Assembly (NCBI GenBank): GCA_951813545.1
Contig: OX638352.1
Location: 3,728,767-3,792,766 of the forward strand
DNA length: 64,000 nt
DNA from: an uncultured Poribacteria bacterium
GTDB taxonomy: Bacteria; Poribacteria; WGA-4E; WGA-3G
Reading direction: 5' to 3'
A model generated the notes under the pieces. That model was not told where the DNA came from and searched no databases. It was given only the letters and a program-made list of their open reading frames with translations. Positions 1-11,252 of the stretch are shown one piece after another. A program made the translations under genes and the position numbers. Positions within the stretch are counted from its first letter, which is position 1; every line of letters begins with the position of its first letter.

Positions 1-95
1 TGAAATCCGTTCTTTTTCAGCGCAAGTCCGAGCGAACCGCCGATTAATCCGACACCCCATATTGTAATTCGACGAAGTTGTTGTATTTGTCCCAT
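1..95 (-). CDS. tyrA: Prephenate dehydrogenase, N-terminal fragment (runs off the window edge)
   Basis: Manual translation from ATG at 95: MGQIQQLRRITIWGVGLIGGSLGLALKKNGF, with the GxGLIGGS Rossmann motif typical of TyrA. Confidence 0.75.
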   Translation of the reverse strand, partial: MGQIQQLRRITIWGVGLIGGSLGLALKKNGF

Positions 96-221
96 AATAA
101 ATCTTGGAAACCTTCAATCTGCGAACGTCCCGCGGCATACCCATATAATAGACAAAAGCCTCAATATATTCTAAGAGGTTCAGGCATCTTTGTCAAGTGA
201 AAAACGATAGATGTGGTTTTC

Positions 222-2132
222 TTACCAAATAAATCGATACATCGGTTTTTGCAGGAAGATACCGAGAAGTCCCCAGACACTCCCAACCAAGAATTCCCCC
301 AAAATCAATCCCAGAAAGAACGGTGCAACCCGCCGAAACGTCCGTATACCACCGAAACGCAGGATCGCTAATTTGATAAAATAACTGACAAAAACCGAAA
401 ACCAGAAAAAGTTCACCGCCCATGTTCCAGAGATAGCATACCCAATCGGATATAGGGGCCACCAGAAGAAACGGAGCCGAATCAAGGTAAGACCAAACGC
501 GAACAGAAGTCCGCACACCATGGCAATCAAAGACGGGACATTAACCGGCATCGGATTCGTTAGCCAATTTTGGGTGCGGTTAAACACGGAACCCGACCAG
601 ACCTCTATCGCACCGCTCTCGTAACCGAGATGCAGTGCACCCCAAAACGCAGCGAAGGGACTCAGCACCATAGCGAGGAGCATAGCGATAGCCATACGTC
701 GCGAAGGACTGCGCGATCGTTCCGCCAATTTCAAGCCCTCTAATTGATGCGGCATCGTATTCCCGCGATAGGCACGATTGAAGCAAAATATAAGGGAGAA
801 GAGTGCCAGATTCTGCCCTCCGAGTCTGCGCATCCCAAACATTTTGGGAAGTAAGACATCAGGTCCCATGGAGCGTAAGTCATGAATCGGTGGCCCCAAT
901 TCAGCACGGACACGGGTAATCACTGTCACCGTCGTCAGGTGGATAGCAAAGACGAGCACCGCCACCCAGAAAGACATCCCCGCAACCCACCAGAAACCAA
1001 CCAGCATTAGAAACCCACAGATTAGTCCTATCACCGCAGCACGATAGGATATCGGTTCGTTTGACCCCGTTTCTCTGTTCGCACGCCACGCCCGTGCAAG
1101 CACATTCTGTAGATGATGTCTTGCACTCCACAATGCCATGCCCAATACACCGATACAAACCCCGAACGACTGGTCGAAGATGAACGGAAACCCCGGAATT
1201 CGCTGTAAGCCAGCAATACTCCCAAAGATCATCTCAAACTTCCAGAAGATGTAGAAAAACCAGAATGTAAACGACAAATCAAGCGGGATAAAATACGCCA
1301 TTCCAATCACGAAAGGAAAAAGAACAACTGGGGTCCACCCAATCGCATTCCACGGTTTTGTTGTAAACAACGGACGCAAATCATAGAATTCTCCACCGAG
1401 TCCGGGAAAGTTTGGAAATAGAAAATGCAGTCCGTTAACCACATCTATCCCACCGGCAAGGATTACGCCTATCCACAACGGTTTTGAGCGGAAGAAATGT
1501 GTCGTCGTCATCTGGTATGGTAACTCAATAATCGGATAACTGAGTCGCTCTATTTCAATCCACTGCTTTCGCAGTATAACATTGATGCAAAACGTCGTGG
1601 AAAGCAGAACAATGATAAAGCCACTCCACGCAAGCACAGGTCGCCACCACAACTGGAGATGTGGACGCAGATAAAGAGTGGATTCCCCCGTAAAATAAAC
1701 GGTCAATCGGTTTTTATCCGTCAAGGCAAGCCACTCTGGAAGATAGCGGTGAAAAAGTGTAGTCCACTCATTCTCCTCCGTTGCCAACCATCCAACCGTG
1801 GCGATATTCGTAATGATCACCTCAAATAGGTCATGTCCACAGATAGCAGATGCCACGGATAGCATCGCGTAGAGTGTCAGCAATTCGCCTTGGGTGAGTA
1901 CGGCGCGCGGCGCGAACCGATGCAGGATTGTATTGAGGGCTATCAGGATGGTCAGTGCGAAGATAGTATTGAAAAAGAGGGACATCGTCGTTGGAAACCC
2001 CTGATCCCAACGTAGCGATGCGAAAACCCAATAGTTATTGAAGGGAATGAGCACAAGTCCAAGCCAAATAATCCGCCAACGGATTTTCTGGTGAGGAGAA
2101 GACGTAGAGAGGGCAGGCGAGTGTTGGAGCAT
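222..2132 (-). CDS. Large polytopic membrane protein (DUF6785/DUF6784-like, putative transporter)
   Basis: ~636 aa with many hydrophobic helices; motifs QWIEIERLSYPI, RVRAELG, WWPLYPIGY, PFFLGLILGE; ATG at 2132 chosen as start. Confidence 0.65.
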   Translation of the reverse strand: MLQHSPALSTSSPHQKIRWRIIWLGLVLIPFNNYWVFASLRWDQGFPTTMSLFFNTIFALTILIALNTILHRFAPRAVLTQGELLTLYAMLSVASAICGHDLFEVIITNIATVGWLATEENEWTTLFHRYLPEWLALTDKNRLTVYFTGESTLYLRPHLQLWWRPVLAWSGFIIVLLSTTFCINVILRKQWIEIERLSYPIIELPYQMTTTHFFRSKPLWIGVILAGGIDVVNGLHFLFPNFPGLGGEFYDLRPLFTTKPWNAIGWTPVVLFPFVIGMAYFIPLDLSFTFWFFYIFWKFEMIFGSIAGLQRIPGFPFIFDQSFGVCIGVLGMALWSARHHLQNVLARAWRANRETGSNEPISYRAAVIGLICGFLMLVGFWWVAGMSFWVAVLVFAIHLTTVTVITRVRAELGPPIHDLRSMGPDVLLPKMFGMRRLGGQNLALFSLIFCFNRAYRGNTMPHQLEGLKLAERSRSPSRRMAIAMLLAMVLSPFAAFWGALHLGYESGAIEVWSGSVFNRTQNWLTNPMPVNVPSLIAMVCGLLFAFGLTLIRLRFFWWPLYPIGYAISGTWAVNFFWFSVFVSYFIKLAILRFGGIRTFRRVAPFFLGLILGEFLVGSVWGLLGIFLQKPMYRFIW

Positions 2133-2248
2133 AGAGATTCCCAATCGAGGCGTGCGTTGTTTTACCTATGAACTCTCGATGTTATTATATAGCAGAATCC
2201 AACCTCACTCAAGATTTTTGTTTGCAAAATTAAAGCAAATCTGGTAGA

Positions 2249-4510
2249 ATGGCATTTAAAATTACCCTAAAGCAACCTTTCTCCTTTCCCAAACAAATGA
2301 ACGCTATAAAAGAGGCACACTATAACCTCGGTATCGCTTATCTGGAAGCAGAACAATATAGCAGAGCCGTCCCTGAATTTGAAGCAGCCATAAAGTTGGA
2401 TGCGAATTTTATAGGCGCGCACTGTGCGCTCTGCCGCGCCTACCTCGAACAGGACGAACTCGAGAAAGCAAGCACAGCGGTCACAGCAGCGTTAAAACTT
2501 GATGCCACACACCAACCCGCGATGCTGTTGTGTGACACCATCACACAAGCATACTACCACAGCGGTAGACAACATCTCGACGCTGGACGCTACGCTGAAG
2601 CCGTTCCCACATTTCAGAAAGCCTTAACACTTGATGCCGATTTAAAACACAGTTCACATGTCTCCGACACCGAAAATAAGCATATCCATGCCCACCTCGG
2701 TGCCGCTTATATCGGATTGAAAGCGTATCAGGAGGCAATCGATGCGTTACAAAACGCTATAGCCTTAGATGCTGATCTCGTTGATGCACACTACAATCTC
2801 GGTTACGCTCATGTCGAACAAGGATCCTATGACAAAGCAATACCGCATCTTGAACGGGCAATAATCATCGCTCCGAATCTCAAACGAGCACACTACAACC
2901 TTGCCCGTGCACACCGAGAATCAGGCAATTTGGAAGCGGCAACAAACGCTGTTATAGAGACATTAAAACTCGATGCCAACTATCAACCCGCTCGTGAACT
3001 TGCAAACTCGATAAAACAGGAGCACTACAACAGAGGGGTTACTGACCTCAACAATGAATGCTATAGCGAAGCCGTTACAGCCTTTCAGAATGCTATAACC
3101 CTCGACCCCGATTTTACCACTGCGCACTACAACTTAGGGTTAACCTACCTTAAGATGGAAACGTACCCACGCGCTGAAGATTCACTTCAGAAAGCAATAG
3201 TTCTGGATGCCACTTACAAAGCTGCACACCACGCCCTTGCCCTTGCTTACCTTGGACAGCAGGAACTCGGAAAGGCGAGAGAGAGAGCGAGAGAGGCGTT
3301 GAAATTGGATGAAAACTATCAACCCGCACGTTCTCTTTTACAAGCCATCGATCCAAGCTTCATACCTCCTGAGACACAGGCTACCATGCCGTCAGAACCG
3401 GAACAATCTGTAGACCCACAACCAGCTGCAAAATCGAAACAGGAAACACACTATGAACTTGGTACCGCTTACCGAAACGCGAAAATGCTTACAGAAGCGA
3501 TTGCAGAGTTCCAAAAGGCAATAGATTTAGATCCAGATTTTGTAGCAGCACACATCAGTTTAGGCGAAGTTTATCTTGAAATGGAACAACTTGATGACGC
3601 AGAAGATGCAGCGAATGCAGCTTTAAGGATTGACGCTGACTCCCAACCGGTGCGCCAACTCTTAGATAATATAAAACAGGCACGTCCCACCCCTCGCCAG
3701 CCTGCACCAACGAAGTCAGTAAGTACAGCACTAGTAAACGTATCTGATGTGACACAAGATTTAGAACGTGGACAGGTTTTTCTCAACAATAAACAGTATA
3801 ACCAAGCCGCCACTGCATTTAAAAAGGTAATAAAGGCAGATCCCAGCTTGGTGGAAGCACACTACGGTTTAGCGCAGGCTTACCTCGAAATAGGGGCATT
3901 TGACGATGCCAAAGCAGCTACGGACGAAGCGTTAAGGCGCAATCCAAACCATCGGCAAGCACGCGAATTCCTGCAAATCATAAAGTTCGACAGAAACTTA
4001 GAGAGAAATAAAAAGATCTGGAAGAAAATCAGGGTCTATGCTGTTATTTCGGGCATTATTGCTGTCGGAATCTTTGTTATGTTCAAGTTTGGAATACTGC
4101 CGTGGCCCCTGCTAGCATCTTCAGATCCGGACATTTCAATAGCAGTTTCTTTAGAGGAACCTTCAGGGAACGGCTTTCTTGATGCCGGTGAAACAGGACG
4201 GGTCAGACTAATTATCACCAACAAAAGCAGCACAGCACGCAACATTGAAATCAGGTTCGCCCCACCATCTATAGCGGGAGTGCGCTTTAAAAAACCGGGA
4301 GTGCTCTCAAAACTGAGCAAAAACGGAGAAGAAACCATTGGAATCTCTATAACAGCCGATAAAAATGTGAAAGGCAGGAATCAAAAACTGCAAATCCAAT
4401 TGTTTGGAAAAAGTGGATGGTTCGGAAAGAAGCAGCAGCTGGCTATTAACAATTTCTCCTTCAAAATTATACCGGCACTACAAAAACCAGCACTGCGACG
4501 AGGGAATTGA
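2249..4510 (+). CDS. Tetratricopeptide repeat protein with a C-terminal TM helix and an Ig-like extracytoplasmic domain
   Basis: Many AHYNLGxAY...A..LDP TPR units; hydrophobic segment VYAVISGIIAVGIFVMF followed by EEPSGNGFLDAGETG. Confidence 0.85.
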   Translation: MAFKITLKQPFSFPKQMNAIKEAHYNLGIAYLEAEQYSRAVPEFEAAIKLDANFIGAHCALCRAYLEQDELEKASTAVTAALKLDATHQPAMLLCDTITQAYYHSGRQHLDAGRYAEAVPTFQKALTLDADLKHSSHVSDTENKHIHAHLGAAYIGLKAYQEAIDALQNAIALDADLVDAHYNLGYAHVEQGSYDKAIPHLERAIIIAPNLKRAHYNLARAHRESGNLEAATNAVIETLKLDANYQPARELANSIKQEHYNRGVTDLNNECYSEAVTAFQNAITLDPDFTTAHYNLGLTYLKMETYPRAEDSLQKAIVLDATYKAAHHALALAYLGQQELGKARERAREALKLDENYQPARSLLQAIDPSFIPPETQATMPSEPEQSVDPQPAAKSKQETHYELGTAYRNAKMLTEAIAEFQKAIDLDPDFVAAHISLGEVYLEMEQLDDAEDAANAALRIDADSQPVRQLLDNIKQARPTPRQPAPTKSVSTALVNVSDVTQDLERGQVFLNNKQYNQAATAFKKVIKADPSLVEAHYGLAQAYLEIGAFDDAKAATDEALRRNPNHRQAREFLQIIKFDRNLERNKKIWKKIRVYAVISGIIAVGIFVMFKFGILPWPLLASSDPDISIAVSLEEPSGNGFLDAGETGRVRLIITNKSSTARNIEIRFAPPSIAGVRFKKPGVLSKLSKNGEETIGISITADKNVKGRNQKLQIQLFGKSGWFGKKQQLAINNFSFKIIPALQKPALRRGN

Positions 4511-5076
4511 TAATGAACGCCAGAATATGTGGTATCATCGGCGAACTCGCCCTGGTACTTGTCCTCCTCCTATCATCCTCTATACTAAAGTGAGTTCGCC
4601 TCAGAAAGTTGGAGAGTTCTACAATAGATAGCCCGCCTCTGTCTTTATATTTCCGTAGATTTAAAAAATCCTTTCGCTCAGTAAGTGCCTGCAACCAACC
4701 TCATAACAACATTTAATGTAAATCCCACCCATATTTGTGCCTGTCTTGTTTATTTCTTGCACATTCTGTACGTTTTTCGCTCCAAAATTGTGTCTTTAAG
4801 ACAGATTTAATTTGATTGATAAGCTGAAGTCAAATACAATCACTTATGTTAGGACAAATTTATGATAAAAAAAAATTATGAACAATATGTCCTAACCCAA
4901 GTTTTTATGATTGAATCTACATTTTTGTTCAGATAGCAACTTAGGTTGTTATACCATAATGGTTCTCCTTTTGGCACACAACCCCATTTTTTATGTAAAA
5001 CTCACATTATTAAACTGAGCGGACTTTCAAAATATCATCTTAATACCACAATTCAAATACAAATAGAGGAATAATT

Positions 5077-5914
5077 ATGAACACACGTATGATCGAAAAG
5101 TATTATGCCAAACAACGTAGGAATAAAGCACTGATATTCTCTTTGGTAGTACACGCAATCGCAATTATTTTCACAGCGATATGGTTACTGAAACCGCTGG
5201 TAGAACAGGTAGAAGATACGATTGCTGTGGATTTTGTTCCGCCACCGCCCCGGATACATAGACCGAAAAAGATAATCCGAGAGGTCGAACAGAGCAAAGC
5301 CGCCGCTACGGCATCTATTGAGAACCCAGCGGCAAAACGTCTACCCTCATCAATGTCCTCACTTCCACAAGTCAACGAAAAACCGAAGTTGGAAGCACCA
5401 CCGCTCTCCACAGTGGTAAGACTCGCCCCTTCACCGGAGTCCATCCTTGCAGCTTCTAAAGCTAACTCACCAACGATAGAAAGAGGGAGCGGAGAAATTG
5501 AGGAGGGGCGCAGTTATGGAAAGAGTGGAGAGGACTCTGGATATGGAAATACTCCGGGTAAAGGGACAGGGGGTGGAGGTTCAAACACAGGTCTTGGGAC
5601 TTTAACGCAATCAGGAGGCACCGGACAAGATGCATTCGGTGAGGGAATCTCGGATATTGTTGGCACTTACGCAGATGAAATTGGCGACAAACTCGGTAGT
5701 ATTATTGATGAGGAGGACGGTATCGTGCGAGGGCATATTCGGTTGATCCGCCTAAAGCACGATATGAGCGACTGATGGCAGGACCCGACAGCGATTCCGT
5801 CCTTAATAAAATGGTTGCGTGAGCACGTCCGTACGATTACTGCCGATATGAAATACACGGGTGGTTCATTATCGCTAACAGATGAGGACATTATGAATGC
5901 TCCACTAATGATAA
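5077..5914 (+). pseudogene. TonB-like N-terminal anchor plus DUF4159-like domain; nonsense codon at 5773-5775 and truncated by an IS
   Basis: N-terminal TM (SLVVHAIAII) and Pro/Gly-rich linker; the frame continues past the TGA as WQDPTAIPSLIKWLREH...NAPLMI up to the IS left end at 5915. Confidence 0.6.
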
Positions 5915-7316
5915 CTAAAGTTTGGACAATTTTTAGAATTATAGTGCGAAAAAGCAGAAAAGCCGGTATCCTTTCATAAACACATACCACTGTTTTGAAA
6001 GGAAAGTAAACATGAACCTCCTTTTCTGCTTAGGAGATATTCTATCGGATTTTCGTCATTTATTCAATGAACAAAACTTCTCGCTTTTCCAAGCGTTTAT
6101 CTTTGGCTTCATCGCCAATAGGGGGCGTGGAACGCTGACGGAAGTTTATCAATGTAGTGGTTCAGAGACGAAGTATTGGTCCTTTCCGAAGTTCCTTTCG
6201 CGGGGGCAATGGAGTGCCGATGCTGTCGCATCGGTTCTCATCAGGCACATCCAACACCGCTTTAGGGATTGGGTTTATGTCTATGATGAGACGAAGGCTC
6301 TGAAGACGGGCAAATTCCAATGGGGTCTGCATTTTTTCCGCAACTCCAGTTATCAAAAGGGAGGCGTGAATCAATCGAAGTTTCATTACGGACACGAGTT
6401 TGGCGCGTTAGGTTTACTTTGTCAGACGGCGACACAGTGGCATCTATTCCCCGTCTGGGTGAAACTCATGACTCCCCAGACGCTCCGCGATAAAAGCGAT
6501 GCGGTGTTGAAACGTATTTGTTCAAAGATCCTGCCGGGCCTTATTATCTTTGACCGTGGCTTCGCACGGCGAAAAGTGTTTACAATGGCATTGCGTTTCG
6601 GACATCATATCTTATGTCGTGCGAAATCTAATGCGGTTTTCTATCGTTTACCGAAACCCGCAAAACGTCGCCAACGCGGGTGCCCTCGGAAATACGGAGA
6701 CCGTCTCGATATTCGCCGACTGCGATATAACGACATAGATATAAACGCAAAAAGTTATTCGATTGCCTCAAAGGTCGTTCGGACGCGGATGTGTGATGCT
6801 GAAGTCCGACTCGTCGTTATCCGAAACCGCCCGAAGGTCTCAAAACCGTATCGGTATTTCTGCGTCTTTACAACCGATTTGACGCTTGAAATCCCGAAGA
6901 TTATCGAGTATTATCAACAAAGGTGGCAGATAGAAACTGCCTTTCGAGATGCCAAACAGCACTTCGGCTTCGATGCTTATCGCCTGAAATCTCGCAAGAG
7001 CATCAATCGGTTCGTTCAACTCAGTTGCGTCGCAGCAAGTCTTACAAAGTTGATATTCTCAACACGCCACGCGACGCAAAAAATGATATAAGTGTTCTCG
7101 AGGTCTGTCAGCATCTCGGCATTCATTGGTATCGTCCGACGAAACTCACACAAGGCTTACGGGTCGCTTATCTTCGCTCGCAAATGGCGATAGCGTTATT
7201 TTCTGCCAAGTTCAATGAAAAAACAAACTCGCAGAATATTAATGTCAGTGTTCAAGAGGATACACCCCTGCCTTTCGACAAGGCAGCATAAGTTTACAAT
7301 ATTGTCCAAACTTTAG
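5915..7316 (+). mobile_element. IS701-like insertion sequence
   Basis: Perfect 16-bp terminal inverted repeats CTAAAGTTTGGACAAT (5915-5930) / ATTGTCCAAACTTTAG (7301-7316) enclose a DDE transposase. Confidence 0.85.
6012..7291 (+). CDS. DDE transposase (IS701/IS4-like), apparent frameshift in an A-run near 7080
   Basis: YVYDET, FDRGF and YQQRWQIETAFRDAKQHFG motifs; the C-terminal tail continues in another frame to 7291. Confidence 0.8.
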
Positions 7317-7351
7317 TATATATTAAGGATACTACGTTTTGTGGGGGAGGT

Positions 7352-7475
7352 CAACCGAATTTCACGCTTCCGCGTCAGAGGACATAAACATGCCGCCCCG
7401 CTGAGGCTAAAGCGTTAGGGACATCGCTATACTATAAACATTACACCCTTACAGGTCTGAAAGAAAAAGCGCGGT
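7352..7475 (+). repeat. 124-bp direct repeat, copy 1 (contains a REP-like AAACATGCCGCCCCGCTGAGGCT unit)
   Basis: Matches 8584-8707 except for one base. Confidence 0.95.
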
Positions 7476-7636
7476 CTTGTGAGGTTTAAGTATTTAATTC
7501 GGTAATTCCCAGACCCAGTAGACGCGATTTGGAACTGCGCCCGGATTCGCCCAGAAATTACTGAATTAATTTTTTAATCTCCATGAAACCTCGGCAGTGA
7601 TAGGCTTCGGTGGTAGGTTAGGACATCTCCGTATTT

Positions 7637-8533
7637 TCAGAGATGTTTCGCAATTCTCTCTACGCCATTGATTGGGTCGAAGCTGTAGCCACCTAACGCA
7701 ATCAAGTCAACATTGCCTTTTGGAGTGTTGTCAAGGCAGTTTGGGTTAACAACAAAAACTGGTAGATTTAGATCCAGTGCTGCTTTTGCAGTAATAAAGG
7801 TCCCGCTCATTTTACCTTGCGTATCCCGTTCAGGTCCAGATTCAATAACCACCATCGCCTTAGAAAGGGCACATACAAGTTGATTTCGCTCCAACGCATC
7901 CCAGGCACTCCACTCGGTATCTGGGTCAAATTGTGAAACCACAAGCACATCTCGGTCCCAATTGAATTGCTTAAAGGCACTTTTCTGACGCAGCTGCTTG
8001 ATGCCCTCAGATAGAACGATTGTCGTTGTTCCCCGTGCTGCTAACGCGCCTAAATGCGCCTCTAAATCAACACCTTCGGCATATCCAGAGACGATATTTA
8101 TTCCCTTACCTACAAGTTCACCAGCCAGATTTTTCGTAATACGTATTCCTTTGTCTGATACATCCCGCGCGCCGACAATCGTGACGCTATCTGACATGAG
8201 ACGTTTTTGCTGCCCTTTAACAAACAGAATCGGTGCAATTTCAAGAAGATGTGGCGGAAAATTTGGGTGACTGGGGTAGATAATATTGATTCCGTGATCT
8301 TTAAGTTGCTCGTACGCTGCGGATACATTGTCTCTATCTTCTTCGCGGATTTCTCCCTTAAGGATTTTCGCTAACTTTGGAAATTGTGCCGAGAGATCGT
8401 TTTGGTTGAGTGGCAACATTTCTGGTCTTAGATTTTCTGCCTCTAATGTTTTAGCAATTGAGACCAGAAGTTTAGTATCTATACCTCGTGTTTTAAAGAG
8501 TCGGAACCAGAAATAATCTCTGTTAATGCTCAT
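7637..8533 (-). CDS. DprA/Smf-family DNA-processing protein
   Basis: IVGAR, IVSGYAEGVD..AH..AL, RNQLVCALS and SGT..TA motifs of the DprA Rossmann fold. Confidence 0.85.
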   Translation of the reverse strand: MSINRDYFWFRLFKTRGIDTKLLVSIAKTLEAENLRPEMLPLNQNDLSAQFPKLAKILKGEIREEDRDNVSAAYEQLKDHGINIIYPSHPNFPPHLLEIAPILFVKGQQKRLMSDSVTIVGARDVSDKGIRITKNLAGELVGKGINIVSGYAEGVDLEAHLGALAARGTTTIVLSEGIKQLRQKSAFKQFNWDRDVLVVSQFDPDTEWSAWDALERNQLVCALSKAMVVIESGPERDTQGKMSGTFITAKAALDLNLPVFVVNPNCLDNTPKGNVDLIALGGYSFDPINGVERIAKHL

Positions 8534-8583
8534 TTTTCGGTCCTTCCTTTGTGAATGAATATACCATGTTTTGTGATAGGAAG

Positions 8584-8707
8584 CAACCGAATTTCACGCT
8601 TCCGTGTCAGAGGACATAAACATGCCGCCCCGCTGAGGCTAAAGCGTTAGGGACATCGCTATACTATAAACATTACACCCTTACAGGTCTGAAAGAAAAA
8701 GCGCGGT
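8584..8707 (+). repeat. 124-bp direct repeat, copy 2
   Basis: Matches 7352-7475. Confidence 0.95.
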
Positions 8708-8765
8708 TGAAAACCGCGCCCACATCAAAAGATGAAATTGATCGTTGTGCCACTGAAGCGATGAC

Positions 8766-9791
8766 TTACATGTCTACCCGATACACACGAGTAGCGGTGT
8801 CGTGAAACAGTGCAGCGCGTTCATCGTCCGAGTAGCCGGATGACAACCGTTTGAACGCATTATACATTACATGGTAGGAGAACGAAACCTTGTCAACTGG
8901 GAAATTACTTTCAAACATGCACCGCTCTGGACCAAATTGCTCAATACAGTAATTCATGAAGGGAGCCATAGACTCGGCTAATTCTTCAGATCCGATCGGC
9001 TGTTCTCGTTCGTGCCAATCGAAGCCGGTGTGTGGCATTCCAATGCCCCCAAGTTTCATGTGGACATTCGGACAAGCCGCTACGGCAGCGATCCCGTTCT
9101 GCCAAGTCGCCAATACTTCGTCATCTCTGCCACCGTAGGGACCAACCCGTAGCAAACCGCCAATATGGTTTAGAATAATCGTCAAATCGGGCACCGCTTT
9201 CGCGAAATCAGCGAGTTCGGGGAGTTGTGGGAAATACATCCAACCCTCGAAAGACATCCCCATACGCGCCAACACCCGTGCACCTGCACGGAAATCCTCA
9301 CGCGCCAGTTGACCGGCTGTTCTGTATGCTGAGGTTCCGCCTATCTCTGGATGTGGATCCGAAGTGACAGAATGACGGATACCCCGAAACCGGTTCGGAC
9401 TTGCCGCTTGCAAGGCTTCCAGTACAGGCTCAACGCGTTCACCCAAATTCAAGTTTGCATGCCCGACGATTGCAGCTGCTGCGCGACTCGTGCCATATAA
9501 ACCGCTTGCACTCGCAGCGGCTAACCCTTGCACAAATTCGACCTCACCGATAGGGCGCATTTCCTCCGGTCCGTCAGCGCGGTACATCGCTCGTGCCTCA
9601 ACAAACACGGTAGAACGCACGTTGTGTCCACTGTCAATATCGGCTATCAGTTCATGGAGCAGATACCTTTGATAAGGAATACGCTCGGTTCGAAAATCCC
9701 AAAAATGGTGGTGCGGGTCACAGATGGGAATCTCCGGTTCTAACGTTGGTTCTTCAGTTAAAGCGAGCCAGTCGTTGCCTCCATAAGGCAT
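8766..9791 (-). CDS. Amidohydrolase_2 family protein
   Basis: ICDPHHHFWD, ILNHIGG and MFESNFPVD motifs; start MPYGGNDW preceded by GGAGG. Confidence 0.85.
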   Translation of the reverse strand: MPYGGNDWLALTEEPTLEPEIPICDPHHHFWDFRTERIPYQRYLLHELIADIDSGHNVRSTVFVEARAMYRADGPEEMRPIGEVEFVQGLAAASASGLYGTSRAAAAIVGHANLNLGERVEPVLEALQAASPNRFRGIRHSVTSDPHPEIGGTSAYRTAGQLAREDFRAGARVLARMGMSFEGWMYFPQLPELADFAKAVPDLTIILNHIGGLLRVGPYGGRDDEVLATWQNGIAAVAACPNVHMKLGGIGMPHTGFDWHEREQPIGSEELAESMAPFMNYCIEQFGPERCMFESNFPVDKVSFSYHVMYNAFKRLSSGYSDDERAALFHDTATRVYRVDM

Positions 9792-10128
9792 AGAAGTCCC
9801 TCCAATTTCTCTAATCAATTCAGGTTGTTCGCTCCGTTTCTTAAGCATACTGTAGGGCGTTAGGGGATTTTTGTCAACACTTTTTGGCATCTTTTTCTAT
9901 AGGTAGCGATTTAGGTTTGTATAACTTTTTTTAAGGGATGCAGCGACGATATACGTCTTATAGTAATATAAGTTTGACATAACTCGTAGGTTGGGTTGAA
10001 CGGGATCAGACTGAAAACCGCATAGAGAAGACAACTTTCAAGTTCAGGTTGTACTGCCTACGGTTTTTTAGACCACTCCCTAAAGGAAGATTGTGCTACA
10101 ATAACAATCTCATTGAAAGGAGTATCCG

Positions 10129-10413
10129 ATGGCCAAACGAAGACGATTTACCCCTAAGTTTAAAGCAGAAGTTGTGCTTGAAGCCCTCAGCGGTGAAAGT
10201 TCACAAGCGGAGTTGTGTCGACGCTATAACCTCAGCGAAAACCAAGTCTCAACGTGGAAACGCCAACTTCTTGAAAATGTCGAAACCTTCTTTGAATCTA
10301 CAGATAAGCAGTCAAGCGAGTCAGCGGAGCGGATCGTTCAACTTGAGCAACTCGTTGGCCGGTTGACATTGGCGTTGGAGATTGAAAAAAAAGCATCGAC
10401 TTTGTTGGATTGA
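10129..10413 (+). CDS. IS3 transposase OrfA (HTH)
   Basis: RRRFTPKFKAEVV..., followed by an A8G slippery site at ~10385-10393. Confidence 0.9.
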   Translation: MAKRRRFTPKFKAEVVLEALSGESSQAELCRRYNLSENQVSTWKRQLLENVETFFESTDKQSSESAERIVQLEQLVGRLTLALEIEKKASTLLD

Positions 10414-11252
10414 ATCCATCTGAACAGCGATGCCTCATTGAGACGTTGCGTAAGGAGTATTCGGTGCGACAGATTTGTGAGGTGCTGGGTTTCAACAAGA
10501 GCACCCTCTATTATCAACCGAAAATTGACCCGCGTGAAGAAGTCCTACGCGATAAAATAGAGCAGTTAGCAGCGGCGTATCCGACATACGGGTATCGGCG
10601 TATCACCGAGGTGCTGGTGCGTCAGGGATACAGCGTTGGGCATAGACGCATTGCCCGATTGATGAAAGAAGAAAATCTTTCGGTTTCCGTCAAACGGGTT
10701 TCCTGTCAAACGACAAGCTCCTTTGAAGGTCCACAGCCCTGGGGCAATAGAGTTCAGAACCTTGAGGTCTCTCGACAAGATCAGGTCTGGGTTGGCGATA
10801 TTACCTACGTCCGTCTCAAGGAACGCTTCGTCTATGTCGCTCTGCTCATGGATGTCTTCACTCGCATGATAAGAGGATGACATCTGAGTCAACATTTGAC
10901 GCAATCTTTGACTTTGAAACCCTTGGAGGAAGCCTTATGCCGAAGGGTGCCAGAGATCCACCATTCCGATCAAGGTGTACAATATCTTTCAAATGCGTAT
11001 CTCTCGGTGCTCAAAACGCACGATATTGAGATTTCGATAGCTCGGAGAGGGTGTCCTTGGGAGAACGGATCTGCTGAAAGACTCATCCGAACCCTCAAGG
11101 AGGAAGAAGTTCACCTCAACGACTATCAGGACATTCATGAAGCAAGAGATGGCATTGGTCATTTTATCACACAGGTGTATCATCAGAAACGCCCACATGC
11201 GGCGTTAGGGTATTTGACGCCTATCGAATTTCAACGAAAAACCTTATCTTAA
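10410..11252 (+). pseudogene. IS3 transposase OrfB (integrase core) with an in-frame TGA at 10878-10880
   Basis: YGYRRI, WVGDITY, HHSDQGVQY and ENGSAER motifs; the TGA replaces the usual Trp in R.I.GW. Confidence 0.85.

Noticed and set aside
5773-5775. In-frame TGA in the DUF4159-like gene as another Sec codon
   Set aside because: The context D-*-W-Q-D-P suggests Trp (TGG to TGA). There is no Cys/redox motif or GAGGGC-type hairpin, and the gene is already IS-truncated.
10878-10880. In-frame TGA in IS3 OrfB as recoding
   Set aside because: It falls at the conserved Trp of R.I.GW, so it is a simple nonsense mutation.
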